Origin: Leptogorgia sarmentosa
Taxonomy: Eukaryota
NCBI GenBank assembly: GCA_964658305.1
Contig: OZ210885.1
Location: 4,464,001 to 4,528,000 of the forward strand
Direction of reading: 5' to 3'
Length of the DNA stretch: 64,000 nucleotides
The notes beneath the pieces are model-generated. The model searched no databases. It had not been told where the DNA came from and worked only from the letters and a program-made list of their open reading frames with translations. Position numbers and translations under genes: made by a program. Position 1 is the stretch's first letter. Every line of letters starts with the position of its first letter. Shown piece by piece: positions 37,567 through 48,010 of the stretch.

Positions 37567-40025
37567 TCAACCCCACCAGTTTCGAATGGTTGTCCAGTAC
37601 GATGGTTGGTTCTCACGATGTTCAACTTGAACAGGGGATTCTCCGGAAACATCTGGGGTGTCGGTGGTGGTTTGTTGTGATAGACCAGCTTCTGTTTGTG
37701 CAGTTGAAGTTGATGGTTGAAGGTCGGATTCCGCTAATGCAGTGGGCGACGGAGGAACATTCGGTGTGGAAAAAGTTTCTTCTGATTCGCGACTGGTGTG
37801 TTCCAGGTGGTGAGCAGGTGCAATTGTGGGACCTTCGCTATTGGACGTATAAGAATCGTTCCCATCTCCTGTCATTGCGGGTGTGGTTGGTGTTGATGGC
37901 GACCGCAAGCTTTCCGTGGGTTTGGGAGAGGTCACTACATTTGGCTGATGCTCCTCGTCAGACGAACTGGCGGTGGAATTTACTGGCCTCGCACGTGGTC
38001 GTTTCCTCATCATGCGTCTCCTTCTTGCTTCCATCGTGAAGCTCGCATGGATTGTGTCATGTGTGGTGGTGGGTTGGGTAGCGGACTCACCATGAAGATC
38101 AGCGTCGGTGATCTGTACAATCTCCCGTCTGTGCCACGGAGTGGGGGTGAGTGACTTAAAGTGTGCTCGTCCTCATACCAGCGCTCCTCCGGATGGATGA
38201 GGTGGCGATGCCTAGTTATCTCCTCGGCGGCCCACGCGATGCAGTCCATCGCGTGATCGTACATCCACTGGTAAGCGTCAGGTGTTATGGTTGGGAGGGA
38301 GGAGGTGGTGAAGTTCTCAACTCTCCGTTGGACATTTGTGTTCTCTTCATCAAAGTCCGGCACTGCATTGGTGGTGATGTAAAACGGGCTGTGGCAAGTT
38401 ACGTGTCTTGGTTGGGCGTGCTTTACCGCAGTTACTAACCAACCGCCTTGCAGGATGGTCTTCGCGAGATCGGCGGACATTGTGTTTGCACACCATTCGT
38501 CAATGATGACGAGTTGGGTGTCCTCCTTGATCATGGCAGCTGAAAATTGGCGCTCGTTCGTGATGGATGCGATGTACTGGGGTGGAACTATGCGTTGAAG
38601 GATACGTGCCCACGAGGTTTTGCCGGAATCGCGAGGTCCTGCGACAACCAATTTTCGCGTCTTCTGAGGGATTTTCTGCGCGAGTAGGCACTGGTAAAAT
38701 TTATTCATGAAGTTCGTGCGCACGTCGACATCGGGAAAGGAATTGTAGAGCCCTTGGCGAAAGTATAGAGGTTGAGGTGGTGTGGAGGAGTCGTAGGGTA
38801 TGTACGCTCGCGGCGACAACTTGCCAATGCTTGCTTCTTGGATGGCATTTGCTATGAAGGCTCGACTGCAAATAGCAAAACAAACACCGTTGGACACTTC
38901 AATAAGGTTGAAGTCAAAGGCTAGCTGCTCGATGATCTCGCACGCCGGATGGGACAGTATGGTTTGGACACTTTTCATATTTTTGACCAGCTGCTGATTG
39001 ATAGCGTCGTTGACAAGCAGTTTGTTTAAATAGCTGCCAACGTCCATGAGCCGTGTGTAGGTGAATTGCGCTCCATCGGGAGTTGCATAAATGTCACCAC
39101 GGTACAGGGCGTGTTTCGACAGGTGCATAACCCGTTCCACCTTGCGGATGGTGGATATCACATCTGTGGACGGTGAGTCAGACGAACGTGGGTGGAAGTT
39201 TGGGCGCGGTGTAGTTTCCACAACCAGGCCATCAGATTGGGTCCTCTCTATTGCAGCGTCAAATTCCTCGAGATAACCTTCGTGATTTACGATGACGAAA
39301 CAACAAGGAGAGGTTGGAAAATGGACCGGGCAAAATTCCTCCTCTGACTACTCGTCTTCCTCCTCCTCGCTTTCACTGGACGCAGCGGGTGCATTGCTAT
39401 AGCAGTAGGTGTTGGACGCGTTCAGCATTTCCTGCACGGACGGATTGTTATGATCTTTCACCGTCTGGAAGAGCTGTCTAGCTGCAGTTTCCAGATCCGG
39501 CTTTCCGCGGGTGCGCACCCTGATCGGCGTTATTTCTGGCTCCACGTCCTGATTGTGCAATGCAGCAAAAAAGGTCCCCTCGTGGCATTTGTCGCTGCTT
39601 TCGTAGACGATGAAGAATGCCACACAAGGATAGGTGTCGTCGTCGTTTGTGTTGCTGCTTTGCCCCTTCTTCGTGTTCGCATTGGAAGAGACGGCAGATA
39701 TGGCCGAGAAAAAGAAAGCCACACCTTCGATTGCTTCTATCACCTCGTTGAGCTGCAGACGTTTGGAGGCAATTTGTAACGTAGCCTGTTCAATGTTCTC
39801 AGAAGGAACTCGCCATGTAGCGCGACATGCGACCGCTCGATGTTTAGGTTTAAGCTAATGCAAAATAAATGCGATATTATTTAGGTTGCATATACGTCGG
39901 GTACATAGGTTTTTGCCAAAATGTAGATAAAGAATGTCATGGGAACTTACCAAGCTCAAAACATTTGCGCGCAGAGAGTTTTGCAGGCGTTTCGAATCTA
40001 GTTCTTTTCTTGGCTTCGGCGGCAT
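37567..40025 (-). pseudogene. Spliced superfamily-3 helicase (Rep-like) gene, copy 2
   Basis: GPRDSGKT, IIDE and YITTN; start MPPKPRKELDSKR; intron at 39855-39950; in-frame TAG at 39348 and a frameshift near 38150. Confidence 0.88.
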
Positions 40026-40392
40026 TTTGCAAGAGAACTAATTGTTGTGTGCACTTGCAAGAGAACTTGTTGTGTGCACTGAACGGAAATGTTGAATGAA
40101 TTTATATGTTTTGCTATGATGGTATTAACATTTTCGCAAATTACCGCCTCCCGGATATGAATCTGCGAAAAATCACCCTCAAATTTTGAATATAAAAGAT
40201 ATATTATAACAACCACTCGCTTCTCTCAAAAACCCTCTCTCTAAAATATATTACAACCACATGTAAAATAACCCTTCCCATTGGCTGCCCGCTAGTTGCT
40301 CTACTTCCGGTCCCGCGACCTTGGCAACTTCCACATTTTTTTCTCAGCCAATTTCCAACAAACATAGGGAACAATATTTAGTACTTGGGTCT

Positions 40393-40530
40393 AGTTGAAG
40401 ATCGTGGTGAAAACGACCAAATGCAAGTCCTTTCAGAATTTCGGGAAAGCATAACCAGGCAAGAAGATGGCAGATACCAGGTTAGCATTCCGTGGATTCC
40501 TGGCAGTAAGTTGACAACTACAAATGGTCA
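40393..40530 (+). pseudogene. Continuation of the interrupted BEL/Pao pol
   Basis: VEDRGENDQMQVLSEFRESITRQEDGRYQVSIPWIPG is homologous to GVVESNKIHDEFVESITFNGSRYSVKLPW in the 18169 ORF. Confidence 0.85.
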
Positions 40531-40904
40531 GATTAGTATTAAGGTCGAGGCTGGTCTCTTGATGGTGATCGATAGTCAGGTGCTGGTGAAATTGTGGCCA
40601 GTCAGCCGGTTCAACATCAAGAGAAGACTAATAGAAGATCATGGTGATGGTTATAATGGTGATCTGATGATCGTGGTGATGGTTATAACCATAGGTGATG
40701 GTAAATTATGATGGTGCTATAGAAAAGAACGTGGCTAACCGGAAATGGGCAGGTTAATGGTTTATGATGTGTCTTTGTGCAATGAGTGGAATCAAGACTG
40801 ACGACAGACTTTCTTCACTGTTATGGTGAAGGAGGTGGTAGTTAGAATGACTGTAGTTGTAGTCGAGGCTGCTCTCTTGGCGGTGATCCATATTCAGGTG
40901 CTGG

Positions 40905-41248
40905 CAGGGGCGCCGGAAGCCACTTGCAGCGACAGGGGCAGCCATTTAAAAAGGGCACTTTTTCTAGACATTAAATGTTCCTGTGCGGTAATGTTCGGTA
41001 AGATTTTCCTATATGGATACTGGACCACACTGCACAAGATGTTTTTATATAAAATAAATTCGATACAATTTTATTTTACGTATTACTTTACATTGAATTA
41101 TATTTAAGAAACACAATTACACCTGTTAACGCTAATAATGCATGATTAATGAAATATCCTTCATATCCTCCATGTGGAAAAGGGCAACGAGATGCCCCCG
41201 CACCTTAAGGGCAACAGGGGCAGCTGCCCCGTGCTTCCGGCGCCCCTG
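40905..41248. mobile_element. hAT-type MITE
   Basis: TIR CAGGGGCGCCGGAAGC; 8-bp TSD GGTGCTGG at 40897-40904 and 41249-41256. Confidence 0.92.
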
Positions 41249-41271
41249 GGTGCTGGTGAAATTGTGGCCAG

Positions 41272-42660
41272 TCAACATGCCCAGCTTTAGAACAGAAACA
41301 GCCGAAGCATTCGAAGTCACGGGGGTTGATTTTGCCGGGCCCTTAAGAGACAAGATCGCAAAGAATAAAGAAGGAAAATGCTACATATTAATCTTCATGT
41401 GTGCAGCATTTCGTGCGGTGCACTTGGAACTAACTAAGAGTCAAGAAGCGGAGGAGTTCCAAAGAAAGCTCAATTCTTTCATCGGACGAAGAGGAGGCCT
41501 CGATTAATGATATCAGACAATGCAGCGACATTTAAAACGACGGCAAAACTAATCAAAGTTATAAGGAAGAGCGAGAAGTTACACGATTTCCTAGCAACAC
41601 AAGATATACACTGGAGATTTAACCTTGCCAGGTCTCCATGGTGGGGAGGCATCTATGAGTGATTGATTCGTGAAATAAAGAAGACCTTGTACAAGACCCT
41701 AGGAAGATCGCACCTTTCATTCGAGAATTTAGAAATGGTTCTTATGGATATTGAAATTAATATGAACAATCGTCCTTTAACCTACGTAGAAAGTGAGAGT
41801 GGGGAGGAAGAAGTGCTGACGCCAAGTGTTCTGATCTGAGGAAAAAACACTTGAATGACTTAGAGAACGATGCTGACGAGCTTACGAAGATGCAGAGGAC
41901 GGTCGTTAAGGCAAAGAACGACGCTTGAAAAAGATGGCAACGGGAATACGTACACAGCCTAATGGAGAGCCAGTTAGCCCGCCTGAAGTAGGAGAAATAG
42001 TTTTAGTCATGGGAGAAGAAAAGAATAGGAGTGAATGGAAGAAAGGAAAAGTGGTCCGACAAGTAAAAGGCAAGGATGGTGTGCTGTCTCACAAGGGTCA
42101 CACTATCGAAAGACCACTACAGTTGGTATGTCCACTCGAAATTCGATGCACAACGCAAGTAGAAGAAAGCCAGAACGAAAAGAAACGCGAGGTTGAACCG
42201 CAAAGCTTAAGAAAAAGAGGGGCAGCAATGGAAGCAAGAAAGAAAATATGAGAACAGGCAGAGAACGAGGATGAACTGTAGATAAGGACATTTGACACTG
42301 AGTTGAAGTTATAAAAATTAAGTTTAAATTTTTAGGAGAGTAATATACGGGAACGTTAAGATATAAACAACAGGGGGGCGGGGCAAGTCTAAATATAGAA
42401 ATGAGTAATATAGGAGGGCTTTTTGTGAGAGACAGAAGAACAACAACATTGTGGGTTTTGGGAGGATTTATAAATTTTAGTTTGTAAGTTTATTTTTGGT
42501 TTATATTTTGAAATATATAGTATACTTGGGAGTGTGTGATGAGTTCGGTATAGTGGGATAGACTTTTGTAGAATTCGTGTATTTCGTAGAATTCGTGTAT
42601 TTTCGCTGGGTTAGATCCGTTGATTACTGGTAGATTTATGACTTCCCCGATATAGCCGTT
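41272..42660 (+). mobile_element. BEL/Pao 3' part: integrase, polypurine tract and LTR
   Basis: GVDFAGP and following integrase motifs; highly similar to 3775-5162. Confidence 0.9.
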
Positions 42661-43111
42661 AGTAGTAATATAGGTACCGATCGAGCCGGATATTTAGGGG
42701 TGCGCAGGGGAGCGCGGAGGGGTGCGTGAGGCTGCGTGAGGTGGTGCTAGGTGGCGCATGCATATTGAGGTTATGAACTTATTAGAATATCGTGCTATGA
42801 TTGGTTGAATTTTACAATTCGGATACGTGTCTGATCGTGTTCTGATTGGTCGAATTTGTCTTTACAATTCGGATTATGGATCTTTACAATACGTGTCTTG
42901 TCTGATCATGGCCTGATTTCTTTACAATTCGGATACGTATCTGCATGTAATGCTCTGATTGGTCGAACAGCGTTACGTTATGCTATAGCCGCGCTCTGAT
43001 TGGTTCATGGTTTTGGCCATAAGGCTATATAACTCCACTGTCAAGTCATACCCACATCAATGTTTGGGTTTCACTTGGTTTGGTGTCTTTGCTTTAGTCA
43101 AAAATCGAGCT

Positions 43112-44119
43112 TTACCGTGCCGTAAAAGAAGACGGTAAATTTCAACTGTCTCGAAATAAAATAAGAACCTGGTTGAAACAACAAGATACATACACTTTAC
43201 ATAAACCAGTCCGATACAGATTTAAGAGAAATAGAGTGTTTGTTGGGGTATATATAAAGAATGGGAAGCTGATTTAGTTATTATGGATTCCCTGAGCATA
43301 GAAAACACTGGTTACAAATATATTTTGACCGTTATTGATGTACTTTCTAAGTATGCGTGGGTAGAACCCTTGAAAACAAAGTCTGGGGAAAACTTCGTTA
43401 AAGCATTTGAAAAGATATTGAGAAAAGGTCGGAAACCCGAGAAGTTTCATTCTGACAAGGGGACTTAGTTCACGAATAAACACTTTCAAACATTTCTAAA
43501 GAAAAAGAAAATCCTATTTTTCACCACATATAACGAAACCAAAGCGTCAGTAGTTGAAAGGTTTAATCGAACGTTGAAAGGGAAATGTGGAAATATTTCA
43601 CTGCCAACAACACACTAAAGTATATTGACGTCCTACAAAAATTAGTGCGTTCCTATAATCATTCGAGACACCATAGTATTGGGATGCGACCATTTGATGT
43701 CAATGTCGAAAACGAAAATATTGTGTGGGAAAGATTATATGGTGGTGAGGGAAATAAACACAGCAAGTACAAGTTTAGTGTTGGCGACCAGGTTCGAATA
43801 AGTAAAGCGAGACGAACGTTTAAAAAGGGCTACCTACCCAATTGGACTAGCTGAAGAAGTGTTTACTATCACAAAGCTGATACCAAGAAAACCCCCTGTG
43901 TATAAAATTGCTGATTATCACAGAGATGAATTAGAAGGCGCGTTTTATGAAGACGAACTACAAAACGTTATCAAGCGAGATAGTGACTATTATAGAGTGG
44001 AGAAAGTTATCAAATCACGCATGCGTAATAAACAGGAGTATTTTGTCAAATGGTTAGGTTATCCAGATAGTTTTAATTCCTGGATACCGGCTAGCAATGT
44101 AAAGAAAACTTCGAAATAA
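43112..44119 (+). pseudogene. Polinton retroviral-like integrase with C-terminal chromodomain
   Basis: YTLHKP, WEADL, VIDVLSKYAW, HSDKG and VVERFNRTLK; YRVEKVI..YFVKWLGYPDSFNSWIP; stops and frameshifts. Confidence 0.9.
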
Positions 44120-44188
44120 AAGTTATAATACCAATTATTTGACGTGTAAAATATCCCAACAATAATACGAACAAAATATATACATGTT

Positions 44189-44902
44189 TTATACACTTGA
44201 GTCAGAATATACCGTAGTACTCGATCCTGAAGATGAACTCGTGGTGAAGTTCGTCGATATAATTTCGTCAGTATTCTGATGTCGATCTCGCCAACAGCAA
44301 CATAAAAAACGCTTTAGTCTTATAATGGTATATATTAGTAACAGAGTGAAGACGAACGTTGAAAGGGATATCGCTATTTCTCGGGATCTGTTGTGTGTTT
44401 GGGATTTGATATTATTTGGGTGGTGAGTAGTGGTGTAGAATAACTGATCTGTAATTAATGAAGGTTTCTTGTGGTATGGAGTTGAGGGTGAAGTTTTGTA
44501 GCTACGATGAGTGGGCATTGTCGAAGAATCTGCGCGTGTTGATAATTGCGGTGTATGAATATCGGATGTTGGCGTCGAATAGCAGTCACTTTTGACTTCA
44601 ACCTTCTTCAATGTTTTTATTTTACCGCATACTTGTGGATTCTGACGCAGGTCGATCACATTCTTGTATGCTGAGATAGTTTCATCGTCGATCCAGGTTA
44701 TGTTGTTCCCTCTCAGATCCAAGGTTACGACCACATCGTGTTCATCGATAAACGGAATCTTTTCGAGAGAACACCCCACACAATCCAATAGTAGGATACT
44801 TTTAATGTATTTACAGCAACTGTGATTGCCAGAAACTTTGTTTAAAAATAAAATAAAAAGTAAAATGCTGAGAAACTCTATTGAATACATCTTTCTGTTC
44901 AC
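44189..44902 (-). CDS. Single-pass membrane protein with short LRR ectodomain and Ser/Thr stalk
   Basis: Hydrophobic N-terminus, LDCVGCSLEKIP cap, LDLRGNNIT and IDLRQNP repeats, TM IAISLSTFVFTLLLIYTII; open 237-aa frame. Confidence 0.7.
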   Translation of the reverse strand: MNRKMYSIEFLSILLFILFLNKVSGNHSCCKYIKSILLLDCVGCSLEKIPFIDEHDVVVTLDLRGNNITWIDDETISAYKNVIDLRQNPQVCGKIKTLKKVEVKSDCYSTPTSDIHTPQLSTRADSSTMPTHRSYKTSPSTPYHKKPSLITDQLFYTTTHHPNNIKSQTHNRSREIAISLSTFVFTLLLIYTIIRLKRFLCCCWRDRHQNTDEIISTNFTTSSSSGSSTTVYSDSSV

Positions 44903-45015
44903 GACGCGAGAAACACCTTATAGCACAAAGTGTCAAATATGAAAAGCACGCGTACTCTCATACCGCCGGGCGATTTCAGATCAAACTTATAATCATTTGT
45001 CACTTACTCATCGCC

Positions 45016-45720
45016 ATGGCTAGTCAGTTTTATCTTACTTTACCATCAAACAGTTCAATGGAATATTTTCCAGGCAATACTCTGACAAATTTTAAAACTA
45101 AACTTGCACAACCCATTGAACTAACAGGGGATTGGGAGGTGGCTCTTTCTGAATTCCAGTACCCTCGTAGCTGGTATAATTTACGCGATTTTGATAATCA
45201 TATCTACTACGATAGCGGTGGACAGGATATCTATTCGACAAGTGTTATCCCCCATGGGTACTACCCAACCATTAAAGAGTTTGTTGCGGCTGTAAATAAA
45301 ACGTTAAAGACAGAAGGGCATGGAGATATTTGGCTAACATACAATAAAATAACCCGCAAAATCACGGTACATGTAAAAAGTAAGGCAAAGTTGGCTTTAG
45401 CTGGTCGCTTTGCGAGTATGATTGGATTTGAGGAGAAAGAGGTAGTTATAACGAGGAAAACAGAAGCTCCACTACCCGTCGATTTAGAAGCTGGATTTCA
45501 CGCCATGTATTTGTACACAGATATTGTTGAACCACAGTTAGTAGGGGATACTAAAGTTTCCTTGTTGAAAGTAAATGTTAGTTTTCCAAATCTTCAATAC
45601 GTTCCAGTGAATGTAAAGTCATTTGAGACCGTTGAAATAGATATAAAGGATGACACACACATTTCAGACAGAGAAGATCTCCTCTATTTATATAACCATG
45701 AGACAAACATTTATACCTGA
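45016..45720 (+). pseudogene. Polinton minor capsid (penton-like) protein
   Basis: FYLTLPSNSS..LTGDWEVALSE and LYTDIVEPQLVGD motifs; the C-terminus looks internally deleted. Confidence 0.75.
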
Positions 45721-46195
45721 CGCAAACGATTGCAAAATGATTTTGTTTGAAAAATCAGAATGGTGGGACCCTTTCCGGTTTCCATGGGGCTATAGAATAG
45801 AGCGGGGGTATGGACTTGGTAGTTTTTTCAAGAGTATTGCTCGTGTTGCCATACCTTTGGTGAAGAAGGGTGTAAACGCAATTGGTAAAAAGGCAATAGA
45901 AACCGCTGTAAATGTTGGCCAAGACGTACTAGCAGGGAAACGTGTAAAACAAGCAGTCACAAGCAGAGGGCGACAAGCTGTGAGCGATTTAGCAAAGCAG
46001 GGCGTGAATAACGTCAAAAACCAAATTGGGTGCGGTTCTAAGAGGAAGCGAGCAAATCGGTCAGGCCCTTTAAGAACTGGTTCTCAAAGGAAAGTTGTAA
46101 TTTCTACTCAAACAAGTAAGCGGAGAACATCACCATTGGATACACAAGAGAACATTTTTGCTAGTCCACCTACTAAGAAACGGCGCAAGCGATAA
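45698..46195 (+). pseudogene. Polinton small basic protein with N-terminal amphipathic helix
   Basis: RGYGLGSFFKSIARVAIPLVKKG, basic tail PPTKKRRKR; lies between the two capsid-like genes. Confidence 0.6.
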
Positions 46196-46199
46196 ATAC

Positions 46200-47445
46200 C
46201 CTACATAAAGATTCATGCGGCTGCGGAAAATCAGAACTCGAATTATTTACAGTACCACCTACACAGATTGAAATGAACAAAGGTTTTTGGGAAAGTGTTG
46301 ATCCTGTTGCAAGCGTTCAAACCTCTGACACTATTGAATTTCTTTGTTCTGCTAACCCCGACGTCTACACAGACCTGGCGAATAGCTACCTTCACGTGAA
46401 AGCGAAAATAACAAGGGCGAATGGTGCTAACCTAGAGGTTGACGAACAAGTAGGGCCCGTGAACCTGTGGTTGCATGCAATGTTTTCTCAAGTTGAAGTT
46501 TTCTTGAACAATAAACTTGTTACACCATCAAGCACGGCGTATCCCTACAGAGCGTACTTAGAAACCGTATTAAATTTCAGTAAAGACGCCAAATCATCTC
46601 AGCTAACGTCCGCGTTGTTTTACAAGGACAAAGCTGGGAAAATGGACTCTGTGAATCCTATGGCAGATGACGATAATGTGAATACCGGACTAAAAGATCG
46701 CTATAACCATTCGAAGGAAAGCAAAATGGTTTCCATGGAGGGAAAAATTCACTCTGACCTTTTTGCCCAAGAACGTTACATTTTAGGTGGGGTTCCTATT
46801 AAGCTCAAGCTTGTGCGATCAAGTGCAGCGTTTTCGCTGGTGTCTTCAGTCGATCCAGCTGCCTACAAAGTCGTGATAGAAGATTGTGTCTTCCGTGTGA
46901 GTCAATGTTTCTTCTACCGTCATGATCGGTCATACAGAAGTCCTGAAACATACCACGGCAAAGTATCCCATCAACAGAGTCGAATGCAAAGTGTTTTCCG
47001 CTCCGAGAGGAAACTATTCTGGAAATCAACCCAATATCTTTCAGGGACAATTGCCTGATAGAATTGTCATCGGCATGGTTGATTCCACGGCTTTCAATGG
47101 GTCCTTCAGGAAGAATCCGTTTAATTTTAAAAACTACGATATGACCTATCTTGGACTAACCGTAAATGGGGAGCATTTGCCTAGCAAACCACTTCAGATG
47201 AAATTTGGTGTCGAACAAGGGGCCAACTACGTATCGGCGTTTCAAACATTGTATGCTGGTGCGAATAAGCTGTTTCAGAACGAAGGTAATGGCATCTCGC
47301 GCGACGAGTACCCTAACGGTTACACATTGTTCGTGTTTGATCTGACAGCCGATCTTTGTTCAAGAGATCATCTACAACCTATTAAAAACGGCAACGTCTC
47401 ACTGGAAGTTCAGTTTGGTACAGCTCTTAACTGGGCTATAAAGCT
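46200..47445 (+). pseudogene. Polinton major capsid (hexon-like) protein, frameshifted and truncated
   Basis: KSELELFTVPPTQ, YPYRAYLETVL, KNPFNF and GYTLFVFDLT motifs. Confidence 0.85.
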
Positions 47446-47797
47446 ATTAACTTGGGCACTTACTGAGATGTAAAATGTTAAAATTGATTGCCTAAACTTT
47501 CGTATTAGAAGACTACACTTTACATTCTATCGGGGCAAACATTGCAACGTTATATTAACATGCTGCTGTTTTGAATATTTTTCGAAATGTAATGGCACAT
47601 TTACTGGGATTTATACTGCGCAATGCAACTGCAATACTGCGAGAGATAATTTACAGAATCGCAACTTCTAATTAGACGAAATAACACGCTGAGATTTATA
47701 TTGCGCAGTACAACCACAATACTACGAGATCAAGTTTACGGTACGGTACGTCATCACAAAAAAATTTAACAAACTTAACTTAACTTAACAAACTTAA

Positions 47798-48007
47798 TTA
47801 ACCCCTTCACTTTTTGGTCGATTTTGGGCACTTTTTCAACTTTTTTAATATCGTTTTAAAATGATTGAAAAACACTTAAAAGGCCTTAAAAAACAATTTA
47901 AAAGGGTTTGCCTTCATATCTGAGACGTTGTTGAAAAGTCATGAAAAAAAGTCAAGGTTAACCCCTTTACTTTTTGGTCGATTTTGGGCACTTTTTCAAC
48001 TTTTTTA
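47798..48007 (+). repeat. Direct repeat of about 50 bp (47798 and 47959)
   Basis: TAACCCCTT.ACTTTTTGGTCGATTTTGGGCACTTTTTCAACTTTTTT occurs twice. Confidence 0.8.
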
Positions 48008-48010
48008 AAA

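Larger units (their letters stand above)
34187..40392. mobile_element. Tyrosine-recombinase plus SF3-helicase element, unit 2
   Basis: Same layout as unit 1; right end GGAACAATATTTAGTACTTGGGTCT matches the internal junction at 34165-34189 with one mismatch. Confidence 0.85.
42661..47445 (+). mobile_element. Maverick/Polinton (adintovirus-like), left part, truncated
   Basis: Starts with the AGTAGT terminus typical of Polintons, followed by integrase and capsid-like genes; no polymerase, ATPase, protease or right TIR seen in the window. Confidence 0.88.

Noticed and set aside
31285..40025. Helitron, CRESS-virus or parvovirus Rep
   Set aside because: The helicase is SF3, not the SF1 type of Helitrons, and I see no HUH or catalytic YxxK motif and no capsid gene. 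A distant relationship is not excluded.
26596..40392. Bacterial prophage, integrative element or contaminant
   Set aside because: The helicase has GT-AG introns, the YR has C2H2 and Myb domains, a MITE is nested inside, and the element splits a BEL retrotransposon at a defined site.
26596..47445. YR-helicase units as part of the neighbouring Maverick
   Set aside because: BEL sequence and an LTR separate them, and each has its own terminus (TCT core versus AGTAGT).
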